The notes below the pieces were generated by a model, which was not told the DNA's origin, searched no databases, and saw only the letters and a program-made list of their open reading frames with translations. From Histomonas meleagridis 2922-C6/04-290x (Eukaryota > Protista > Parabasalia), in the NCBI GenBank assembly GCA_020184695.1, contig JAANOX010000126.1:558001-622000 (forward strand): a DNA stretch of 64,000 nucleotides, read 5' to 3'. Positions 54,960-64,000 of this stretch are shown in pieces. Position numbers and translations under genes: made by a program. Positions within the stretch are counted from its first letter, which is position 1. Each line of letters starts with the position of its first letter.

Positions 54960-55141
54960 AGCATTGAACTCTCTGATAGCATTACTTCAATAGGCGAATC
55001 ATCTTTTTCATTTACAGGTTTACATAACATTGAACTTCCAAATTCTGTTACTATAATTTCAGGAGCTTTATTTTCTTTTGATGAAAAGGCGCAGAAGGAA
55101 TATCACAAACATATCAGGCTCTTATTACGAGGAATTCGTTA
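54960..55141 (+). pseudogene. BspA LRR fragment
   Basis: SIELSDSITSIGESSFSFTGLHNIELPNSVTIISGALF... then a stop. No start. Confidence 0.6.
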
Positions 55142-55478
55142 ATAAATAAAACTTTAAATAATTTCTGAAATTTCTTTATATCGATGCGATGTAACATTAA
55201 CATGTGCGCAAAATTTTGTAATTTTGCAGCTCATCGCAATGATACAGCAAGCAAAACTAAATATCTTAAAGAGTTAAGTGCGCAAAAGCAAATTTCTCAC
55301 TCTCAAAACTAAGCAGCCGAAAAGTGGTGTGCGCAAAACTGAATATCTGAGTTGCAAAGGTAAATAACAGTATAACAATTGCAATGGTTATAACAGCAGA
55401 ATTACAACACAAGAAAACATTATATTTTTTGAAAGTTATTAAAGAAAATTTGGCGTTTAAAAAATAGTAATTTAGCTC

Positions 55479-56282
55479 TCACTTTGCGTCTCCAAGTTTG
55501 ACGTCCTTCAACTTATAAATATCTTCGTCTGTTCGATTGCCACTAATTGGTATTGTCTTCAATCTTTCTTCGATGCTTTCGTACTCTTCTTTAGTCAATG
55601 TAACGAACACAGAGCCCAAATTTTCTTTAATTCGTTCGTCAGTCCTCATTCCTGGGATCGAAACAACAAAATCACCTTTGCACATAATCCAAGCGAGCGA
55701 TATTTGTGCTGGCGTTGCGTTTTTAGCAGCTGCAACTTCTTTAATATAATCAAGCAATTGTTGATTCATCACAATATTTTCTTGGGAGAAACGAGTAATA
55801 ACGCGTCTAACATCATCGCCTGTGAATTTGGATTCCGTTGAATACTTTCCACTAAGGAATCCAGATGCAAGTGGCGAAAATGGAACAAATCCAATGCGCA
55901 ATTCTTTGCATGTTGGTATAACTTCCTTTTCGTACATACGCTCCATGATAGAGAACTCGCTTTGGATGGCTGTAAGTGGTGTAATAGCATGCGCACGACG
56001 GATCTTATCAGCATCAACTTGTGACATACCCCATCCACGAATCTTTCCGGTCTTAATGAGTTCGCCCATAGCCCATGCGACATCTTCGACCTCGGCGTTT
56101 GTGGCTCGATGCCAATAATAGAGATCAAGATATGTCGTACGAAGACGTTGAAGAGATGCATCAAGGTGCCTTGTGATCTCATTGAGAAGGGCCTCGCGAC
56201 CGGGTTCTTCAACTGGTTTGTAGAAAGTGAATTTTGATGCAAGTACGATCTTATCACGGATTGGTTCAAGAGCTTCGCCATT
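55479..56282 (-). pseudogene. Aldo-keto reductase (bacterial-type), N-terminally truncated
   Basis: The frame is open from 56282: GEALEPIRDKIVLASKF...SLQRLRTTYLDLYYWHR...GKIRGWGMS...QSEFSIMER...PFSPLASGFLSGK...PAQISLAW. The N-terminal segment with the catalytic Asp/Tyr is absent. Confidence 0.8.
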
Positions 56283-57091
56283 CTAAAAAGTGAAGCATGA
56301 AAAAATTTTCAATCAAATTCAAAATTTATCGTATACACACAAATAATTCAATGTGTTTAAAGAATAAAAATATTTTTTCTTTTACCGACGATTATTTTTT
56401 ATCCAAAAAGTTTACAACCGTAAAATATTTGAATAATAAATCACGGTTTTTAAACCGTCGTGAAAAATCAATACTACTTTTTTTCGAAATTCAGCAGAAG
56501 AAATTTTTAAATATTTCAAATTAATTACATCAAGTATATATGTAAATGCTTATATAAAATTATTATAAGAAATAAATGGGTGAGTTTCTAGAGTCTTGAT
56601 GATTATTTGGCATGTAAATTTTCATAAGAAATGTGCTTTTCCTCAAAATCAATAATATTTATTTCAGAAAATACCTGATAGTATACTTGGCAATGTTAGT
56701 GTGTATATTAATATGTATAAATAATCAAAAAATTATTAAATAATTATCGGATCAAATTTCGAGATATTAAATTTATATAAATAAAAGTCATATACTCAAA
56801 TAATCCGAATCTAGCCATATAATTTTTACTATAAAATTTTATTTATATTTTAAGTGTATATGCTCGAAAAAGTAATAACATATTTTCTGAAGGGAAATCT
56901 TCAAGAGTAGTACGGATTTCCTTGTAAAGTGGTCGCAGAAAAGTTTACCAAACACTTCAGTTTTTGAATATATATCCGATGATTTTTTATTCATTCGGTT
57001 CTATCGTTGGGAAACCTCACTGCAACCACATTAGCACAATCTCCAAGAGTCGGAACCACTTTTCTGTCACTTTTCAATTTGTCCTTGTCTG

Positions 57092-58290
57092 ATGGAATCA
57101 CAGATCAATAAAGAACCAAATGAATGGGAAACTCTTATATCCATTAAGCAAATAATTTTTGGTTTAAATCGGAAAAATGTTATTCAAGCAGCAAATTTAA
57201 TATGCAGGAAATTTGATGATTTTTACTCATTATCTTTTAATATAGTTGTTAGTCAAATTGTGTACATATCATTTTATCTTCAAATGAATGATGATATTAA
57301 TTCGAAGTATGTTTATCTTCTTTATTTAATTTTTATTTTGGAATTTTTGTGTTTATTAATAATATTTAAAACAGCACTTATGTTAGCATCTTCAAATGGT
57401 CATATAGAAATAGTTAAATTACTTCTTGAACAAAAAGGAATTGATATTAATGCTAAATATATTTATTTGTTTTATTTCATAATAATTTTGAAAAATAGTA
57501 TTTGAAAATTATTTAAATTATTTGATACAGCACTTATGTATGCATTTTCAAATGGTCATATGGAAATAGTTAAATTACTTCTTGATCAAAAAGGAATTGA
57601 TGTTAATGCTAAAGATATTTATTTGTTTTATTTTTAATTTATTTTAATGATTTTGGATTTCAAAATAATATTTGGAAATTATTTAAATTATTTGAAACAG
57701 CACTTATATTAGCATCTGAAAAAGGTAATACAGAAATAGTTAAATTACTTCTTGAAAAAGAAGATATTGATATTAATATTAAAGGTATTTATATGTTTTA
57801 TATTGGGTTTATTTTAATGATTTGATATTTTAATATAATATTTGAAAATTATTTAAATCATTTCATACAGCACTTATGTATGCATCTCAATATGGTCATA
57901 TAGAAATAGTTAAATTACTTCTTGAACAAAAAGGAATTGATATTAATGCTAAAAATATTTATTTGTTTTATTTAAAATATATTTTAATAATTTAATATTT
58001 CAAAGTAATATTTGGAAATCATTTAAATTATTTTGGACATCACTTATATATGCATCTAATAATGGTAATACAGAAATAGTTAAATTACTTCTCAAAAACA
58101 AAAAAATTGATATAAATATGAAAAACACTTATTTAATAAATTTAAACTTTATCTATATCATTCTCAATTTGAAAATAGTATTTGAAGTTTCTTCAGATTA
58201 TTTAAAACAGCACTTCAGATTGCAATTGAAAAGCAATACATAGAAATTGCTAACTTAATTCGTGCGTATAAAAAGAAAACTAAAAAGTAG
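57092..58290 (+). CDS. Internally deleted DUF3447-family gene 4, with 6 ankyrin blocks
   Basis: N-terminus MESQINKEPNEWETLISIKQIIF resembles gene 1 and is joined directly to DINSKY. Blocks start at 57371, 57527, 57697, 57867, 58037 and 58207 (ends TAG at 58288-90). Spacers are 60, 66, 80, 80, 80 and 80 nt. Confidence 0.65.
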
Positions 58291-58928
58291 AACTATTTCA
58301 TTATTTTAGGAATCATGTACAAGTAATCTCTATCAAGTATAGAATAATACACATATAATTAATATTTTTATATGCATTTATTAATATGCCTAAAAACTTA
58401 TTTTTTAATTCACAAATGATATTGAATAGTAGAGATTTCAATAAAGTATATTTAATTTATTTTTACTTTGTTCTCTATCATTAATTTTTTGGGACTTTAT
58501 TGTGAACCTCTACATCATTTTCTAATTATTATTCAAATTGTTATATATGTAAATATAAAAAAAATCCAATACTGTTAGTGCCAACAATTAGTGGACAAAT
58601 TAAATGATCAGGAAACTGTTTTCCACAGTAATTTTTACTCATTGATCCAAGTTTTATTAAGAATATTAAAACATTATATTTCGCATAATACAAAGCTTGT
58701 TAATGAGTGATCCGAACAAGAATTGATATTGATCCCAAAGATATATTTATTTGTTTGATTTTTTGTTTAATAATTTAACAATTTGAAATTTATCAACAAA
58801 AAAGGTGCATGCTGATAATTTTGAATTAAAACACAAAGCTCAAAGAAAAATATTATTTTGATGATCACGAAAATAATTTATAATTTTTATTATTATTCGA
58901 AACAATCAATTTAAATTTATAACTTAAT

Positions 58929-61900
58929 TCATTGTTTAGTAAAACATCTTTTCAGCACTTCCATCAGTGCCTTTCTTACATTAGCGTCGTCCGATTCAAC
59001 CATTTGACACAGTATATCAATTGATTGCTCTTTGCATCTCATAAACAGCTCATCGTCCATGTTGATCATTATTGTCAAACTGTTATACATCAACTCATTC
59101 CAATATTCATTTTCTTCTACTTTTAATGAATTTTGGAATATTAATTTTAAGAAGTTAATACTTTCTTCGTTCAAATTATTTTTCACCAAATAATTCAAAT
59201 AACATTTCTGAGCCTTACACCAAAACTGCCAAATTTCTTTATTATTTAAATCATTTTGGCAAATATTACAAATTTTATTTATTACTTTAATAATTTCTTC
59301 TTTATTAAATGTATATAAGAATTCTTCCAAAATATCAACATATAAAGGTAATCGAATGAAATCAGCCAAATTATTAAATACTTCATATAACACTTTGTCA
59401 TCATTATCTTTATAATAATTTATATTTAATTCCAAAAATTGCTTTAAATATTCCAATGTTTTTAATTTCATTTCGATTGATTCACTTTTTGTGCAGAATT
59501 CAATTAATTTCAATATCAAATCATTTGTTTCTGTGAATTTTTCAGAGTACTTCAGAATTAACTCATTGAAAAGTGATTTCTGAAATTCGATTGAATGCTT
59601 TGCATCTTTTTCAGATAACGATATAATATCGGTCAAAAAGTTACCGAAGAAATATTTCCAAACGTTCAAATTGATTTCATTCTTATCACAACCGAATTCC
59701 ACGACGATTGAAATCAATTCATTTTCTATGTATCGTTTAATTTCATCTTCTTCTACATTTTGTATTGAATTCCCAATGTTTTGTAACAAACAAATCCAAT
59801 TATCTATTTCATTACTATTTAATGAGTCTGCAATTTTATTAAATAATTTAATTGCGTCAATTTTCAAATCATTATCTTCGAAATGTAATACAAATGAAGA
59901 AATTATATTCATCAGAAATATTGCGTAAGGTTTAATGGAGTCCATTAATTGCGTTATAATTTTCTTTGTTATTTCGAACGAACGAATTTTCAACTTTTTA
60001 TCATTTTCTTCTTCGATTTGGAATGAAGAGAAATTTAATATCCTAAAGAACACGTTCCAACCACTATGTAATACAGTTGCGAATTGTAATGATATGAATT
60101 CGACGCAATCTAAAATCACTTCTTTTATATACGAATTCGATTGTTTCTCATAGATATCATTAAATGGCTGTAAGAAATGTTCTTGGAAATGATATTGCGT
60201 AATTTCTTTTCGAGGCAAAAACTTATTCGAAAGTTGTCGAATGATATCTACTGCTGCTACAGCTATCGATTCATTTTGAAGACATCCGACCTCGTCCAAA
60301 TATTTCGATATTATGTTCCAGATGTCTTTCCATATGAACATTGGTCGATTCATATTATAAAACGCCGTATCACTAAACTTTAATAACATGAATTTACGCG
60401 GCGGATTTTCCTTTAATTCTAATTTCGATATGTTTTTCATCGCTTCAATAAAGTCTAAAATTGATTCACGTGAAAGTTTCCAAGTGTTTGAAAACAAGTT
60501 TTCTGTAATTGATAAATCACATACAAATGAATCATTATCTTTCATCTTATCTAACGCCGATATTTGCCCTAACACTATCATCCAAGCGCCTTTTAGATAT
60601 TCGATATCTTCAATTGCGCAATGTATTAATGCATTTGTACATAAGAAATTCTTCGACTTTAAATTCGTCGAATAAGTTTGTAAACGAGTGAACTTTGCAA
60701 AAGAATCAACTAATGTGTTCAATGCATCTTCAACATAACAATGTGATGCTATATGTGTACATAACTTAAATCCTTCTAAACATAAGTTAATTAATTTGTT
60801 GTCATCTGTCTTTTCAAACGTCATTGTTAACACTGCTAATATTCCTCCCCATATGGAATGGAACATTGGGCCAATTAACATTGATGATTCAGCACGATGA
60901 TATTGATGTTTTAATGTGCCTAATTTTGTTCGTTCTCGTGCTGTTTGTAATGTTTGTTCACATTGTTCCTTATATAAATCGGCTTTAGCTTGATTCGATA
61001 ATAATGTAACACGTGTAGTTGGTTGTGTATTAGTTGTTAAGTTAATCTTTTCTGTCGTTATATCTTTATATAATTTCTCTAAGAAGTCATGCGGTAAATC
61101 TTTACCACCATCAATTCCTCTGTTATTAGATATGAACTCTTCTAATGTCATTCGATTTTTAACACTTGGATGATGTGCATCTGTATGTAACATTAACGTG
61201 GAAAATGATAATACATAAACAGTGTCTGCACATGAAAATAATTTTGGATTATCATTATAATATTTGGATCCAAATTGTTCCATAATTCGATCAATCATTT
61301 GTGATTCTCCTGGAATTTGGAACTTAGATAAAAATGCTCGAAACGCTGCTTCAAATGACATATTCTTGAAGTCAAACATTTCAATAAATAATGGTAATAT
61401 TTGTAAATTTAAATCTTTTGATCCTCCAATGACTTCCCCAACACCGGATGGATCTAATGATGGCGTATTAAATAAAAATGAAGCAATTGTATTCGGATCA
61501 TCATTTTTGATGATTTCATTTTGGATAAAGAAGTTGATTCCTTTCATAGGCGACTTCCGAAAGATATCTAATCCTTGATCAAAGATATTTTTCGCTTTCT
61601 TCGCTTCTAAAAATTCTTGTGGACTTTCATTAGCGTTTGTTTCTTCTTGTGTTTTGTTCTCAAATGAGATGAAATATTTCCATAAACTTTCTAATACTTT
61701 AACTAATGTACTAAGCGCTTCTTTTTGCGCTTTCTCATTTGGATATGAATTTCGTACTATCGAATTAATACAATTCTCAAATATGTTCCTGAAAAAACCA
61801 GATTGATCACAATCATAATTAACAAACAAGTCAACAAGAAATTGTGGTTCTTCTGCAATCTTAGAAAAGATTTTTAAGGTTCGTGTAATGACATTTGTAT

Positions 61901-62873
61901 ATGGTGAATTTAATGCAATTGATATTCCTCGATCTAATACTTCATTTAAACCTTCAATATAAATCGAGGCAAATCGTTTCCATATGGAAATGATTAAATC
62001 AGAAGTACAGCTTGCTAAGCCTTTATGATTATCTAATGATAAGGTCAATAATGCAACATGAATGTTGGTGGTAAGTAACGATTGAAAAAGTTGGCTTTTC
62101 AAAAAGTCGGAATTTGAATTGAGGATTATGTGGAGAGAAAGACTGCAGACAACAAGAGTATGGACATGATACTTATGTCGTTCAATGGCATCTGTAAATG
62201 ACTTACACAAAACTATAAAATCGGCATCTTGAATTGTGCCTTTAGAATCAGGTAAAATTTCATTTATTATTATCGAATTCATAACAATATTCGTGACTAA
62301 TAGCTCGGCAGTGTCTTTGTTGGATGATGAAATTGGAACAAGAACAGGCTTGGTATAATTGGCTATTACTCGACGAACTAAATCATATATTGTCATTGTT
62401 GCAACTTCTCGAACTGTTTGACTTTCTTTTTGATTATGCAATGACAAAAGGAATTGGAAACATTTTCCAAGAAGTTTACCATGTAAGTAAAGATTGCCAG
62501 TAATGGATTGAAAGATTGATGAAATTATTTTTACACATTGAAGACAATGTTCGTCAGTTAATTCTAGTTTAAGCAGCTTGAAAATTGTGTTTAAAACTTT
62601 CGTTATTAAATCACAATCAAATAATATGTTTGACGAACTCATAAAAATAGTTGTGAATGTGTTTAAAATAATTGTCAAATACTTTTTCGAATCAATTTTA
62701 TAAGCAGTAAAGAATGGCGTAAAAAGTAATTCAATTTTTGGTTCTGATTCTTCTGATAACTTTTGAATTGCAGATGTAATTTCATTCAACAGTTCCTTCT
62801 TCCCCCATTTCCCACACTTTTCTTTCAGTGATAGTAATCCTTTTTTTAAAAAAGGGATCAGGCTAGAAGACAT
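58929..62873 (-). CDS. BIG/Sec7-family large ARF-GEF
   Basis: DCB/HUS regions (LFVNYDCD), Sec7 glutamic finger FQIPGESQMIDRIMEQF, LMLHTDAH and HDS regions. Confidence 0.93.
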   Translation of the reverse strand: MSSSLIPFLKKGLLSLKEKCGKWGKKELLNEITSAIQKLSEESEPKIELLFTPFFTAYKIDSKKYLTIILNTFTTIFMSSSNILFDCDLITKVLNTIFKLLKLELTDEHCLQCVKIISSIFQSITGNLYLHGKLLGKCFQFLLSLHNQKESQTVREVATMTIYDLVRRVIANYTKPVLVPISSSNKDTAELLVTNIVMNSIIINEILPDSKGTIQDADFIVLCKSFTDAIERHKYHVHTLVVCSLSLHIILNSNSDFLKSQLFQSLLTTNIHVALLTLSLDNHKGLASCTSDLIISIWKRFASIYIEGLNEVLDRGISIALNSPYTNVITRTLKIFSKIAEEPQFLVDLFVNYDCDQSGFFRNIFENCINSIVRNSYPNEKAQKEALSTLVKVLESLWKYFISFENKTQEETNANESPQEFLEAKKAKNIFDQGLDIFRKSPMKGINFFIQNEIIKNDDPNTIASFLFNTPSLDPSGVGEVIGGSKDLNLQILPLFIEMFDFKNMSFEAAFRAFLSKFQIPGESQMIDRIMEQFGSKYYNDNPKLFSCADTVYVLSFSTLMLHTDAHHPSVKNRMTLEEFISNNRGIDGGKDLPHDFLEKLYKDITTEKINLTTNTQPTTRVTLLSNQAKADLYKEQCEQTLQTARERTKLGTLKHQYHRAESSMLIGPMFHSIWGGILAVLTMTFEKTDDNKLINLCLEGFKLCTHIASHCYVEDALNTLVDSFAKFTRLQTYSTNLKSKNFLCTNALIHCAIEDIEYLKGAWMIVLGQISALDKMKDNDSFVCDLSITENLFSNTWKLSRESILDFIEAMKNISKLELKENPPRKFMLLKFSDTAFYNMNRPMFIWKDIWNIISKYLDEVGCLQNESIAVAAVDIIRQLSNKFLPRKEITQYHFQEHFLQPFNDIYEKQSNSYIKEVILDCVEFISLQFATVLHSGWNVFFRILNFSSFQIEEENDKKLKIRSFEITKKIITQLMDSIKPYAIFLMNIISSFVLHFEDNDLKIDAIKLFNKIADSLNSNEIDNWICLLQNIGNSIQNVEEDEIKRYIENELISIVVEFGCDKNEINLNVWKYFFGNFLTDIISLSEKDAKHSIEFQKSLFNELILKYSEKFTETNDLILKLIEFCTKSESIEMKLKTLEYLKQFLELNINYYKDNDDKVLYEVFNNLADFIRLPLYVDILEEFLYTFNKEEIIKVINKICNICQNDLNNKEIWQFWCKAQKCYLNYLVKNNLNEESINFLKLIFQNSLKVEENEYWNELMYNSLTIMINMDDELFMRCKEQSIDILCQMVESDDANVRKALMEVLKRCFTKQ

Positions 62874-63199
62874 TTCCCTTTCGGTATTAAACGATCAAAA
62901 ATCATTGGAAAACTCTATCAGCCGGTGGTTCAATTGTATGCAAAATTTTCAATAGAATTCTCTCGTTGATCAAATGACCAGTCATAGGATTTAAAAACTT
63001 ATATAGTCAAACAAAGTGTATTGTGTAACTGTTAACACATTACTTTTCGATACAGGAAGAACATTAAATCTATCCATATAGAATATATAATATATGTACA
63101 TAATTGATATTATAGTTTAATATGAATGCTATATTATATTCAAGTGAAGATGAGATAAATTCATTTTGAAATCCCGAAAAGTGACGAGATTTGACTTTT

Positions 63200-64000
63200 G
63201 TATTGTTTACTTTGTTATCGGTTCTTATCGTTGTGATGATGGAGTACGATACATGAACGATAAAAAATATCTTCTTTGGTGTTACAGCAAAAAGTAAAAT
63301 ACTTATCGATTTTTATTGATGGCAAAGAAATTGATATTTCAGAAGCTGATATATTTATGTCAATAAGGGAATCAAATGTTTTAAATATGAATTGAGCCAA
63401 AATTCTAAATGTGGTTTTGAAACTTTGGTATGCACTAAATAATATTATTATTGAATTTACTACAGACATCATAGGGGAAATATTTAGTATTTGACTTAAT
63501 TTCACTACGAATACATTTTCACAATCAAATTCATTCACTAACTCATATACATTCACAAGATCAAATACATTTACAATTTCTATTCCATTTGGTTTAATAT
63601 TAACAAATTTAATTATTTTTTAAAGCTCATATTCACTTACAGAAACAATTATTCAAAAAACATTTGATTTAAGTACTATTACATTTTATATAATTGATTC
63701 AAAGGCAACTTATATTTATACCAATATTATTTATTATAATTATACTTGAAGGCATACGAAGAATTAGCTCTGATGCATTCAGAGGATGTTCAAACCTTAT
63801 GAATATTTATATACCAAGTTCTGTTTATTCAATTGGAAATCCATTTTTAGAATGTACGAAACTCAATTTATTAATGTTTCAGAAGAAAATTTTGAATATT
63901 CGAATTATGAAAATGATGGAGTTTTATATGGTAAAGAAATTACACAAATTATTAGTTATCCGAATGGGAAAAGTAAAACATTTCCAATTCCTAATTCGGT
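63200..64000 (+). pseudogene. Scrambled BspA-like remnants (stalk plus LRR pieces)
   Basis: Fragments in several frames with stops: DDGVRYMNDKKYLLWCYSKK*, TFSQSNSFTNSYTFTRSNTFT, YIYTNIIYYNYT*, ISSDAFRGCSNLMNIYIPSSV and NDGVLYGKEITQIISYPNGK. Confidence 0.65.

Noticed and set aside
63215-63556. 113-aa minus-strand ORF
   Set aside because: It is antisense to the BspA remnants on the plus strand.

Overview
AT-rich eukaryotic DNA, most likely from a parabasalid (Trichomonas/Tritrichomonas-like). This rests on TCAY initiator motifs just upstream of ATGs, DUF3447-ankyrin genes, BspA-type LRR genes and a GTATGT...CTAACACACAG intron. Housekeeping genes include CAF1 (runs off the left edge), an importin-beta-family protein, a CAAX protease, SBDS, RLP24, a UAA-family transporter, cytosolic HSP70, coronin, an NXF-like protein, Spg1/Tem1, Rictor, two Rabs and a BIG-type Sec7 GEF. 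These are interspersed with BspA debris, an IS481-like transposase remnant and a 5'-truncated aldo-keto reductase. Main discovery: in all four DUF3447-ankyrin genes (about 21.7-25.6, 26.6-28.6, 40.1-43.3 and 57.1-58.3 kb), each C-terminal ankyrin repeat is a clean 90-nt coding block separated from the next by an AT-rich spacer at the same loop position. I count 38 spacers, 27 of them exactly 80 nt. They usually carry stop codons, most shift the frame, and they have no GT-AG or AT-AC signals. About 68 nt must be removed or skipped per repeat to make the protein, which suggests a non-canonical intron class or a recoding system. Second discovery: a compact C/D box snoRNA with a guide to the LSU rRNA P-loop (Gm2251 equivalent) inside a canonical 91-nt intron at 15814-15904. 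All counts were made by eye. Several single-base homopolymer frameshifts suggest residual assembly errors.
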